A stretch of DNA of 64,000 nt from Alphaproteobacteria bacterium (GTDB lineage Bacteria; Pseudomonadota; Alphaproteobacteria; UBA828): positions 128,001 to 192,000 of the forward strand of contig CAXXVO010000002.1 in NCBI GenBank assembly GCA_963422645.2. Reading direction: 5' to 3'. Below the pieces are notes generated by a model, which saw only the letters and a program-made list of their open reading frames with translations, did not search any database and had not been told where the DNA came from. Shown here one piece after another: positions 53,027 to 62,342 of the stretch. Position numbers and translations under genes: made by a program. Position 1 is the stretch's first letter. Each line of letters starts with the position of its first letter.

Positions 53027-54394
53027 ATGGACGAGCGGCAGCAGCTCCTCGCGGCGATCGAGAGTTTTTGTGAGCGGGAGGGCATGACGCCCGCCGCCTT
53101 CGGCCGCAAGGCCATGGGCGACGGGCGTTTTGTGGGCAGGCTGCGCGACGGCAGGCAGGTGAGGGCGGCGACGCTCGCCAAGGCACGGCAGTTCCTCGCG
53201 GATCATGCGCCGAACGATGGCGAGGCGGCTGCTGCGCCCGGCCGGCCGGCCGGGCCTGCGGGGAGCGACGAGAAGGGCGCCTTCCGCTTCTACGACAATC
53301 GCCAGAAGTACCTGATGTTCGTCAACACCTGCAGCGAGAAGTGGGTGGTCTCCGAGCGCGCCGGGATGGAGCTCGGCCTGGTTCATCCGCGCCCGCCGGC
53401 GCTCCGGGTGTTCGACGCCGGCATGGGCGACGGCACCGTGCTCATCGGGGTCATGCGCCAGATGCACCGGCGCTTCCCGACCTTTCCCTTCTACGTCGTC
53501 GGCAAGGAGATCTCGGTGGAGGACGTGCGCCTCTGCCTCGAGAAGATGCCGGACCGGCTCTTCGAGCATCCGGCGACGGTGCTGGTGGTCACCAACATGC
53601 ACTACTCGGAGGCGCCCTCGCTTCAGCCCCGCTCGATGCAGGCGGCGGCGACGCTGAACTGGATCGAGACGCCGCTATCCGGCAACACCTCCCACGAGTT
53701 CCACGAGCAGATCGCGGCGCTCCAGCCCACCCTCGCTGAGACCTGGCGCGTGCGGCAGAGCCCGAAGACCGGCAATCCACTCTACGCCCGCGCGTCGGTG
53801 CTGGTGCTCTACCGCGAGGACCACAAGTTCCTGCTCGACCCCGTGATCCCGCGCCCGGGCCGGGCCAGCGACGGCTACGACCTGGTCATCGCCTCCCAGC
53901 CCTACCGGGCGCGGATGCCTGCCAAGTTCAAGGTCCAGAAGGTTCTGGCCCCGCTTTCGCGCAGCCTGGCGCCGGGCGGGCGGCTGCTCTGCATCCAGTC
54001 CCACGGCGGCGATCCCGGGCTCGAGATAGTCCGAAAAATCTGGCCGGACGAGCAGCCCTTCCAGACCGACCGCCACCTGCTGCTCAAGGCGCTCAAGGAC
54101 GAAATCGGCAAGAGCCGGCGCGACCTCAGGTACAACGCCTATTCTGACCGCCGCGCGCTCTTTCGCTACGACATGCACACGCTGCCGACCGAGATCGAAG
54201 GCTCCAGCATCGGCACCTCGACGCTCTTCGCTGCCTGGAACGCGGCGATCTATGTCTCGCAGATCGAGGACGCGCGGCTGGAGGGCGTGGTCGCCGACGG
54301 CTCCTATCTGGACGCCACGCGCGAGGTCCTGAGCGCCCACGGCGGGCTCTGGTTCTACGACGAATCCTTCGTGGTCTCGCGCCGCCGCGACTGA
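53027..54394 (+). CDS. Hypothetical protein: small HTH-like N-terminus + SAM-dependent methyltransferase-like domain
   Basis: FGRKAMGDGRFVGRLRDGR; VFDAGMGDG; SLAPGGRL. Confidence 0.7.
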   Translation: MDERQQLLAAIESFCEREGMTPAAFGRKAMGDGRFVGRLRDGRQVRAATLAKARQFLADHAPNDGEAAAAPGRPAGPAGSDEKGAFRFYDNRQKYLMFVNTCSEKWVVSERAGMELGLVHPRPPALRVFDAGMGDGTVLIGVMRQMHRRFPTFPFYVVGKEISVEDVRLCLEKMPDRLFEHPATVLVVTNMHYSEAPSLQPRSMQAAATLNWIETPLSGNTSHEFHEQIAALQPTLAETWRVRQSPKTGNPLYARASVLVLYREDHKFLLDPVIPRPGRASDGYDLVIASQPYRARMPAKFKVQKVLAPLSRSLAPGGRLLCIQSHGGDPGLEIVRKIWPDEQPFQTDRHLLLKALKDEIGKSRRDLRYNAYSDRRALFRYDMHTLPTEIEGSSIGTSTLFAAWNAAIYVSQIEDARLEGVVADGSYLDATREVLSAHGGLWFYDESFVVSRRRD

Positions 54395-54415
54395 GGCCGC
54401 GAGCAGGCTGCCGGC

Positions 54416-55636
54416 TCACATCCCGTCGATCGTCGCGGCGTCGGCCGCAGGCTCGTAGAACACGAAGTCCTCTGCGTCGAGATTGTCCGCGGTGGTGTCC
54501 GCGAGCCGGATCGTGCCCCCGCCATGGCTCGTGAGGTCGATCACCGCCGTGTTCGCGTAGTTCGTGATTTGCAGATCGTCGAAGCCCGAGATCTCCGTGA
54601 ACGCGGAGAGGTCGATCCTGTCCTGGCCGCCCGCGAAATCCACGACCGTGTCGTAGCCGCACTCCGCCCCGAAGGCGAAGACATCCGCGCCCTCGCCGCC
54701 CCTGAGCTCGTCGTCGCCCTCGCCGCCGTGGAGGAAGTCGTTCTCGGTCCCGCCGTCGAGCTTGTCGTCGCCCTCGCCACCGAAGAGCCGGTCGCGCCCC
54801 GCGCCGCCTTCGACGGTGTCGTCGCCCTCCTCTCCGAAGAGGTCGTCGGCGCCTTCCTTCCCCTCGATCCGGTCGTTGCCTTCGCCGCCCAGGATGGTTT
54901 CAGGCGCACCACCGCCGATGAGGCTGTTGCCGTCCGAATCGCCGAGCACGAGCGAGGAATTATGGTCGTGGATGGACGGCGGGGTTCCGTCGGGCAGGGC
55001 GAAGTTCAATGCCGAGAGTTCGGCCGCGGCGAGACCCCTGAGCTCGATCGAGCCGTCGAGTGCTGCGTGCGTGATGCAGACCCCACTCCCGTCCTCCTTG
55101 TCGACGATGGAGAGGTCGGTGAACGCGATCGCCTCGGGCAGCAGGCGCAGGTCGATCACGTCCTTGTTCACCTCGAATTCGTAGATGACGTCGTCGCCCG
55201 CTTCCGCGCTGTAGACGAAGGTGTCCGCGCCGCTTCCGCCAATCATGGTATCGTCGCCGGACCCGCCGATCAGGACGTCGTTTCCGACGCCGCCGCGCAG
55301 GGTGTCGTTGCCCTCACCGCCCCACAGGTGATCGTTGCCGACGAAGCCGACGAGGTGGTCGTCGCCGGTGTCCCCCAGCAAGAAGTCATCGCCGGTGCCG
55401 CCGTTGACGAAATCGTTGCCGCTCCCGCCGCGCACGGCGTCGCTGCCTCCTCCGCCGCGCACGACGTCGTCGCCCGATCCGCCGAGCACCACGTCGTGCC
55501 CCCCGTTGCCCTGCAGGGCGTCGCTGTGGCTGCCGCCTTCGATGACGTCGTTGCCGCCGTGGCCGTCGACGGTGTCATGGCCCTCGCCGCCGATCAGGAT
55601 GTCGTCTTGCTGCGTCGCTTCATTCCGGTTGGCCAT
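54416..55636 (-). CDS. Hemolysin-type (RTX) calcium-binding protein 1
   Basis: Many GGxGxDxL repeats; C-terminal DFVF. Confidence 0.9.
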   Translation of the reverse strand: MANRNEATQQDDILIGGEGHDTVDGHGGNDVIEGGSHSDALQGNGGHDVVLGGSGDDVVRGGGGSDAVRGGSGNDFVNGGTGDDFLLGDTGDDHLVGFVGNDHLWGGEGNDTLRGGVGNDVLIGGSGDDTMIGGSGADTFVYSAEAGDDVIYEFEVNKDVIDLRLLPEAIAFTDLSIVDKEDGSGVCITHAALDGSIELRGLAAAELSALNFALPDGTPPSIHDHNSSLVLGDSDGNSLIGGGAPETILGGEGNDRIEGKEGADDLFGEEGDDTVEGGAGRDRLFGGEGDDKLDGGTENDFLHGGEGDDELRGGEGADVFAFGAECGYDTVVDFAGGQDRIDLSAFTEISGFDDLQITNYANTAVIDLTSHGGGTIRLADTTADNLDAEDFVFYEPAADAATIDGM

Positions 55637-55717
55637 CGCTGCCTCCTGTTGGCTTGTCCATGTGTTTGATTCGATATCGGGCCGAGCGGGGAATTCTCCT
55701 CGGCACCGAGAAACCCG

Positions 55718-56992
55718 TCACACCCCTTCGACGGACCCCGCATCGCTGGCCGGCTCGTAGAACACGAAGTCCTCTGCACTGAGATCGCTCACAGCCGTGT
55801 CCTGAAGCCAGATTCGGCCCCCGCCGTGGTCACTGAGATCGACGACCGCAGCGGTCCCGAGGCTCCAGACGTGCAGGTCGTCGAATCCCGAGATCCCCTT
55901 GAACGCCGAGATGTCGATTACGTCCGCGCCGTCACCGAAGTCGGTGATCCAGTCTGACCCGTGCCCGCGGCCGAAGACGAAGGTGTCGGCGCCGGCACCG
56001 CCGGTGAGCTGGTCGTTGCCCTCGCCGCCGACCAGCAGATCGCTGTATCCGTTGTCGCCGCCTTTGAGCTTGTCGTCGCCCTCGCCGCCGAACAGCCGGT
56101 CGGGGCCGTATCCGCCTTCGATGACGTCGTTGCCTTCCTCTCCATAGATGGCGTCGGCCCCGCTTCCGCCGTCGAGGTGATCGTCGCCCTCGCCGCCGAA
56201 GACGCGGTCTTGTCCGCCCTTGGCGAAGGCGGTGTCGTCGCCCTCACCGGTAATTTCGAGCACGCTGGCGTCTGACCCGTCGTAGGTATCGCTCGGCCGG
56301 GTGATCCAGGCGCCGCCGATAGTGATCTCGGTCGTCTCCCCGTCCGGCATCTTGAAGTCCGACGCCGAAAGTTCAGACGCGTTGCATCCCCTGAGCTCGA
56401 TGGAGCCACCGAGGGCCTCGTGGGTGATCTTGACCCCGCACCCTTCCTCAATGTCCGCGATGGTAAGGTCGGAGAACCTGATCGCCTCAGGCAGCAGGCG
56501 CAGGTCGACGACGTCCTCCCCCGGCTTGAAGTCGAGGATGACGTCGTTGCCCTCATTCTCGCGGTAGACGAAGTGATCCTCGCGCGCGCCGCCGCTCAGG
56601 AGATCGTCGCCCACGCCCCCGACAATGACGTCTTCTCCACCGCCGCCTTCGAGAAAGTCGTTGCCGCTGCCGCCGATGAGACGATCCCACCCTTCGTCGC
56701 CCACGATGTGGTCGTTGCCGGAGTCGCCGAAGAGGAAGTCGTCCCCCGCACCCCCCTTGACGAAATCGTCGCCGCTGCCGCCGCGCACGATGTCGCGGTC
56801 GCCGCCGCCGTCGACGACGTCGTCGCCGGAGCCGCCGAGGACGTGATCGCGGCCGCCGCCGGCCGAGAGCGTGTCGTTGCCGCCCCCGCCTTCGAGGATG
56901 TCGTGGTCGTTGCTGCCGTTGAAGGTGTTGTTACCGCTGCCGCCGGTGCGGATGACGGACTCGTCGGTGATGGGATCCAAGGTCTTGGCCAT
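55718..56992 (-). CDS. Hemolysin-type (RTX) calcium-binding protein 2
   Basis: GGxGxDxL repeats; paralog of protein 1. Confidence 0.9.
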   Translation of the reverse strand: MAKTLDPITDESVIRTGGSGNNTFNGSNDHDILEGGGGNDTLSAGGGRDHVLGGSGDDVVDGGGDRDIVRGGSGDDFVKGGAGDDFLFGDSGNDHIVGDEGWDRLIGGSGNDFLEGGGGEDVIVGGVGDDLLSGGAREDHFVYRENEGNDVILDFKPGEDVVDLRLLPEAIRFSDLTIADIEEGCGVKITHEALGGSIELRGCNASELSASDFKMPDGETTEITIGGAWITRPSDTYDGSDASVLEITGEGDDTAFAKGGQDRVFGGEGDDHLDGGSGADAIYGEEGNDVIEGGYGPDRLFGGEGDDKLKGGDNGYSDLLVGGEGNDQLTGGAGADTFVFGRGHGSDWITDFGDGADVIDISAFKGISGFDDLHVWSLGTAAVVDLSDHGGGRIWLQDTAVSDLSAEDFVFYEPASDAGSVEGV

Positions 56993-57056
56993 CGCTGCCT
57001 CCTGTAGGCTGCTCTCGATACCTGTCCCCTAAGTCGGTCCGAGCGAGGGCGATTGC

Positions 57057-57085
57057 CAATAGCGTTTTCCTAATGGTTCCATAAG
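57057..57085 (-). promoter_or_regulatory. Conserved upstream motif (copy at 58541-58569)
   Basis: 23/29 identical; both copies lie 65 bp upstream of an RTX ATG. Confidence 0.55.
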
Positions 57086-57210
57086 GTTAGGCATAATGGG
57101 CGGCCGCGTTGGCATAGCCGATGGCCGGCGACGTCGTCGGCCGCCGGTCTGGGCAGAGCAGGCCTTCGCTAGACTATGCGCGCCTTAGGGTGAGTGCCGG
57201 GCTGGAGCCG

Positions 57211-58476
57211 TCAGATTCCGTCGATCGACGCTGCGTCGGCGGACGGCTCGTAGAACACGAAGTCGTCCGCGTCGAAATCGTTTGCGTCGACGCCTTCGAG
57301 CCGGACAATGCCCCCGCCGCAGCATGCCAACTCGATCACCGTCGTCATCCCGTAGTTCTCGATGTTGACATCTTCGAAGCCGGCGATCCCTTTGAGGCTC
57401 GACAGGTCGATCAGGTCTTCGCCAAGGGCGAAGTCGGTGATCGTGTCGTCGCCGTGGTCCGGCGTGAACACGAAGGTATCGGCGCCCGTGCCGCCCGTGA
57501 GAACGTCGTCGCCTTGGCTGCCGACGAGCAGGTCGTCCTCGGTGCCGCCGTCGAGCACATCGTTGCCCTCGCCACCGAAGAGCCGGTCTCGACCAGCGCC
57601 GCCGTAGAGGCTGTCGTCGCCTTCCTCGCCGTAAATGTCGTCGAAGCCGCTCCCTCCCTCAGTGCGATCGTCGCCCTCGCCGTTCAAGACCGTGTCGGAG
57701 CCGCCATTGGCGAGGATGTGCGTACCCGCAGAGTTGTCCAATATGACCGAGGGGCTGTCCGAGCCGCTAAAGGTATCGCTCTCATGGCCGATGATCGTGC
57801 TGCCGATCCGGATCGATGTCGTGGCTCCGTCCGCCATATCGAAGTTCGATTCCGAGAGGTCGGACGCGCTGAGGCCCCTGATCTCGATGGAGCCGTCCAG
57901 CGCCTCATGAGTGATCCGGACCCCGCTACCGTCCGCCATGTCGACGATGGAAAGCTCGGAGAACGCGATCGCTTCCGGCAGCAGGCGCAGGTCGATCACG
58001 TCCTTCTCGACCTCGAAGTGGAAGATGAGGTCATTGCCCGCGTCTGCGTAGTAGATGAAGCAATCCGCGCCGGCGCCGCCGACCATCAGGTCGTCGCCCG
58101 CCCCGCCCACGATGATGTCGTCGCCGTCACCGCCATGAATGGTGTCGTTGCCCTCGTCGCCCCACAGGCGATCGTCGCCGCCGTCACCGTGGAGGGCGTC
58201 CGCGCCGCTATCGCCACGCAGGAAGTCTCGGTCCGCGCCACCGGAGAGCACATCGTCGCCGCTCCCGCCACGCAGGTAGTCGCGACCGGCACCGCCGCCC
58301 ACGACGTCGTCACCCGACCCCCCGAGCACGACATCGTGGCCGGCGCCGCCTACGAGATGGTCGAGATTGCTCCCGCCCTCGATGATGTCGTTGCCCTTGC
58401 CGCCGTTAATCTCGTCGTCGTGCGCGCCGCCGATGAGGATATCGTCGCGCTCCGTCGCTTCGCCCGTGTTGGCCAT
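57211..58476 (-). CDS. Hemolysin-type (RTX) calcium-binding protein 3
   Basis: GGxGxDxL repeats; paralog of proteins 1 and 2. Confidence 0.9.
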   Translation of the reverse strand: MANTGEATERDDILIGGAHDDEINGGKGNDIIEGGSNLDHLVGGAGHDVVLGGSGDDVVGGGAGRDYLRGGSGDDVLSGGADRDFLRGDSGADALHGDGGDDRLWGDEGNDTIHGGDGDDIIVGGAGDDLMVGGAGADCFIYYADAGNDLIFHFEVEKDVIDLRLLPEAIAFSELSIVDMADGSGVRITHEALDGSIEIRGLSASDLSESNFDMADGATTSIRIGSTIIGHESDTFSGSDSPSVILDNSAGTHILANGGSDTVLNGEGDDRTEGGSGFDDIYGEEGDDSLYGGAGRDRLFGGEGNDVLDGGTEDDLLVGSQGDDVLTGGTGADTFVFTPDHGDDTITDFALGEDLIDLSSLKGIAGFEDVNIENYGMTTVIELACCGGGIVRLEGVDANDFDADDFVFYEPSADAASIDGI

Positions 58477-58579
58477 GGCGCACTCCTGTGGTCAGCGTAT
58501 CGCGTCTCACCGGGAGGTCGGCCCGGGCGGGAGCCATGTCCAATATGCTTTTCCTGTGGGTTCCATAAGCGCGGCCGGC

Positions 58580-58729
58580 CTAGAGCGTATCCGCTATACG
58601 CGGAAACGCTCTCGCGTCTTGTCGCTCACGGCAGTCGGCCTGCGGCCGGCGCCTCCGCGAGGGCGCCGCTAACGCGGCGGGCCGCGGTCGCGGCCTGTCG
58701 CGCGTCCGTCAAAGACGGACGCGCTCTAG
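58580..58729. mobile_element. 150-bp MITE with IS630-type ends
   Basis: CTAGAGCGTATCCG...CGGACGCGCTCTAG; same end as 24451 and 40707. Confidence 0.65.
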
Positions 58730-58731
58730 CC

Positions 58732-59928
58732 TCAGCTCTCGGGCCCGGGCGCCGCGTCGATGCGGGGCCGGGTGAGGCGGGGCCAGTAGGCCGCGAGGAA
58801 GAGGGCGAAGGCGCCCGACCAGAGCAAGGCCGAAGCGGCGAGGGCGTGAGGCTCGGCCTCCGCGCCGGAGAGCGGGCCGAAGACCCGCAGCGCCGCGCCG
58901 AGGTGAACCAGAACGTACGCCGTCAACTCCGCGCGGCCTGCGGCGAGCGGCCGGCCGCTATGGCCGAGCGCGCTCCGCGTCATCATCCCCAGCATGAGCC
59001 CGCCCATCGTGCCCGCGCCCAGCGCGTGATAGGCCGCAGCCGGCGGCACGCTGACATCGGCGAGCCAGAGCGCGCGCAGGATCAGCGCCGCCGGCAGCCA
59101 GGCGTAGGAGAGTGGCAGCACCCAGAGCAGCGGCTCGCGCAGCGTCGCCGCCGGGTCCCAGAGCCAGAGCCGCACGCCATGCGCGAGCGCGCCGAGCGCC
59201 GCCACCGCGACCAGCCACGCTCCGCCCGGCACCCAGTCGCCGAGCGCGCCCGCGACCAGGAGGATGGCAAGCGTGGCGAAGGCCGTAATCTCGACGTAGG
59301 CGTTCCGCCGCGGCCGGGCCGCCGGCACCGCGTTGGCGGTGAACGCCGGGATCACCCGCCCCGCCATCAGCGTGACCAGCAGCGCGAAGAGATCCAGTCC
59401 CAGCAGCGCGCCGCCGTTCGCGCGGGGAAGCGCGATGAAGTCCGCGTGGTCCAAGTGGAAGAGCAGGTTGGTCGTGCCGAGCAGCGCCGGCACCGCCGCG
59501 ACGGGCAGGTTCCGATGGTTGCGCGCCTTCAGGACCGGCAGCGCCACCACGAGCGAGACGCAGGGCAGGAACAGGCAGTCCACGACGATGGCCGGGATCG
59601 CCGGCCCGGTCGCGACCAGCACCCGGCCTGCCACCCAGAGCCCCGCCAGCGCCGCGAGTCGCCAGCCGGTAGGCGTCGCGAGCCCCGTCCACGCCCGCGC
59701 CGCCGTCAGCAGGAAGCCCGTCAGCACCGCCGCAGCGAAGCCAAAAACCATCTCGTGCGCGTGCCACGGGGGCCCCGCAAGGTAGGGTTCGCCCGGCAGC
59801 ACATCCCCCGGCGCAAAGTGCCAGATGGGCAGTGCGAACGCCGCAAACGCCCCTGCCAGCAGATAGAAGGGCCGAAAGCCCATGGTGAGGAGTGGGATCT
59901 GCAACCATGACCCAGGCGCCCCTTTCAT
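58732..59928 (-). CDS. nnrS: NnrS family membrane protein
   Basis: GFRPFYL, WHAHEMVFGF, GFLLTA, GRVIPAFT, RSALGHSGR. Confidence 0.92.
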   Translation of the reverse strand: MKGAPGSWLQIPLLTMGFRPFYLLAGAFAAFALPIWHFAPGDVLPGEPYLAGPPWHAHEMVFGFAAAVLTGFLLTAARAWTGLATPTGWRLAALAGLWVAGRVLVATGPAIPAIVVDCLFLPCVSLVVALPVLKARNHRNLPVAAVPALLGTTNLLFHLDHADFIALPRANGGALLGLDLFALLVTLMAGRVIPAFTANAVPAARPRRNAYVEITAFATLAILLVAGALGDWVPGGAWLVAVAALGALAHGVRLWLWDPAATLREPLLWVLPLSYAWLPAALILRALWLADVSVPPAAAYHALGAGTMGGLMLGMMTRSALGHSGRPLAAGRAELTAYVLVHLGAALRVFGPLSGAEAEPHALAASALLWSGAFALFLAAYWPRLTRPRIDAAPGPES

Positions 59929-60131
59929 TGCCGAGACATAGGCTGACCAGCGCGCGCTGGTCAAATTCGTTCATTGCTTGTAACTACCCAGGTACCCCGC
60001 CGCCAGTTCTGAGTGCGTGCTGATGTTGCTTGCCGTCGGTGCCGTTTCGCCGTCGGCGCGTCGTTGATCCCCGCTTGACTGTATAGGTTCTCTCGCCTAT
60101 GGGTTGCACTCTCGCATGAGAGGAGCAGCCG

Positions 60132-60800
60132 GTGGGGTATTTCGGGTCGAAGGCGACGACCGGTCTGAGCCAGGCGCTGATTGCGCTGATGCCGCCGCAC
60201 TCTGTCTATATCGAGAGCCATCTTGGGGGCGGGGCGCTGATGAAGCGCAAGCCTGCGGCCATGCGCTCGATCGGGATCGACCGCGACGAGCGGGCGCTTG
60301 AGGCCTTTGGCTGCGACTACCCGGTGGAGTTGGTGCCCGGCTGCGCCCATTCCTTCCTGGCCTCGTTCCCGTTTCTGGGCCCGGAGCTGGTCTACAGCGA
60401 TCCGCCCTATCTGCACGCGACCCGGCGTTCGTCGCAGCGCTACCGCTTCGAGTACGAGGAGGCCGACCACGTCGCGCTCCTCGAACTGCTCAAGGGTCTG
60501 CCCTGCCAGGTGATGGTCTCGGGCCACCCGTCTGCGCTCTATGACGAGCTGCTGGCGGGCTGGCGCCGGCTGGCGCTGCAGGTGACGACCCAGGCCCAGG
60601 TGCGGACCGAGGTCGTGTGGTTCAACTTCGCGCCTGACCGGGTGCACTGGGCGAGCTTCGCCGGCCGGAACTTCACCGAGCGCCAGTGCATCAAGCGCAA
60701 GGCGGCCAACTGGGGCCGGCGCTACGAGGCCATGCCGGCGGGCGAACGCCTGGCGGTGCTGGCCGCGATCATGGCCGTCGAGGCCGACGAGGGTTCGTGA
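60132..60800 (+). CDS. Dam-like DNA adenine methyltransferase (copy B)
   Basis: Differs from 17169-17837 at two residues. Confidence 0.82.
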   Translation: MGYFGSKATTGLSQALIALMPPHSVYIESHLGGGALMKRKPAAMRSIGIDRDERALEAFGCDYPVELVPGCAHSFLASFPFLGPELVYSDPPYLHATRRSSQRYRFEYEEADHVALLELLKGLPCQVMVSGHPSALYDELLAGWRRLALQVTTQAQVRTEVVWFNFAPDRVHWASFAGRNFTERQCIKRKAANWGRRYEAMPAGERLAVLAAIMAVEADEGS

Positions 60801-62077
60801 CAGTGTCGCGCTGGCACGAGGACCTCGCTGCCCACGACGAGGCCTTCGCGTGCCTGCAGGACCTTTTCACCCCACAATCCTTCGCAATGACCGCCGTCAA
60901 AGCCATTCGGGAATGGGGCCAGAGGTTGCTGCGCCTGAGCGCTGAGCGCGGCCCTGGTCAAGGAGAACGACGCGCTGGAGCGGGAGAACGCCCGCTTGCG
61001 CGAGCGGATCGCCGAACTCGAGCGCAGCGCCGCGCTCGACAGCACCACCAGCTCCAAGCCGCCGGCCAGCGACGGTCTGAAGAAGAAGAGCGGTGACCGG
61101 GAGAAGCGCACCCGGAGCCAGCGCGGCAAGTCCGACAGGCCCAGTGGCGGCCAGCCGGGCCACAAGGGAACTACCCTGGAGCGGACCGCGACGCCCGACC
61201 ATGTCGTCGATCATGATCCGTCCGCCTGTGAGGGCTGCGGCGCGCCGCTGTCGGACGCTGACCGTCACGGAGCCCCCGTCTGCCGGCAGGTCTTCGATGT
61301 GCCCGAGCCGCAGCCCCTCGAGGTCACCGAACATCGCGGCCATCGTTGCCTCTGCGCTGCCTGCGGCACCGTGACGACAGCCGTCTTCCCGAACGGCGTG
61401 AGCGCACCGGTCCAATACGGGCCGCGCATCACCGCGTGGGTGACCTACCTGCTGCACGCTCAGTTCATTCCCGAGAAGCGGGTCGCCGAGGTCATGAGCG
61501 ACCTCTTCGCGGTCAAGCTCTCAACAGCCACCATCGTCGCCATGGGAAGGCGCACCGCCCGGCGCTTCGAGGGCTTCCTCGATCGCCTCGCGGAGATCAT
61601 CCGCACCGCAGCCCCAGTCAAACACCTCGACGAGACCGGCATCCGCATCGCCGCCCGGACCCATTGGCTCCATGTGCTGTGCACCCCGTTGCTCACCATC
61701 CTGCGCGTCGCCACCGGGCGCAGCCACATCGACGAGAAGCTCAACGGCATCGTCATCCATGACGACTACGCCACCTACTTCGCTCTCGAGGGCGTGCGCC
61801 ACGGGGCCTGCAACGCCCATCACCTGCGCGAGCTCCAAGCCCTCATCGAGATCGAGAAGGAAGACTGGGCAACGAGCACGCACCGGCTCCTCATCCGTGC
61901 CAACAGAGCCGCCCGCTTCGCCCACAAGAACGACCGCGACGTGCCCGCCTCACTGGTGGCCCGCATCTCGCGAGCCTGGGACCGCATCCTCGAACGTGCC
62001 ATCGCCTCTCACGAAGAAATGCCACCGCTCCAGACCGGAAAGCGCGGACGACAAAAGCGCCGCATCGGTCACAACCT
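60797..62077 (+). pseudogene. IS66 transposase with 7-bp duplication near 60940, truncated
   Basis: CTGAGCG duplicated relative to copy A; cut by the solo IS end. Confidence 0.85.
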
Positions 62078-62165
62078 CAGACTTCCTGACCTCTGCTGAT
62101 TTTAGGTGACACGAGCCGCGCGGATTCCGAGGCCCCGTCGATGTCGTAGACTATGCGCAGACGGG
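62078..62165 (-). mobile_element. Second solo right end of the 28614-31125 IS
   Basis: About 88 bp identical (reverse complement) to the element's right end. Confidence 0.85.
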
Positions 62166-62177
62166 TGTTGTTAAGCG
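62166..62177 (+). mobile_element. IS21-type terminus stub TGTTGTTAAGCG
   Basis: Same 12-mer as 20385 and the IS21 end; directly abuts an IS66 IR. Confidence 0.6.
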
Positions 62178-62342
62178 GTAACTGCCCAGGTACCCCCTCT
62201 CTCTTATGGAACAAGCCAGTTCCTTTTGCGTCAACGCCCCCACGCCGCGGGGGTGCCTACTCTCTTGAGCGCGAGAGGATGATGAACGCCGCGTCGCGAA
62301 CAAGATGAGAGGACAGCGATACTCAGGATGAGCCGGAGAAGT

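Larger units (their letters stand above)
59980..62077 (+). mobile_element. IS66-MTase element copy B, 3'-truncated
   Basis: Near-identical to copy A up to about 19109; MTase again starts 152 bp from the end. Confidence 0.9.

Noticed and set aside
54416-58476. CRISPR-like or DGR repeats, or RTX toxin
   Set aside because: The repeats are coding GGxGxD nonapeptides; there are no spacers, reverse transcriptase, cas genes or toxin domain.
160-59910. Many long alternative-frame ORFs (e.g. 160-2115, 10197-12350, 57121-59910)
   Set aside because: Shadow ORFs of GC-rich genes; Arg/Gly/Ala-rich with no motifs, and they overlap well-supported genes.
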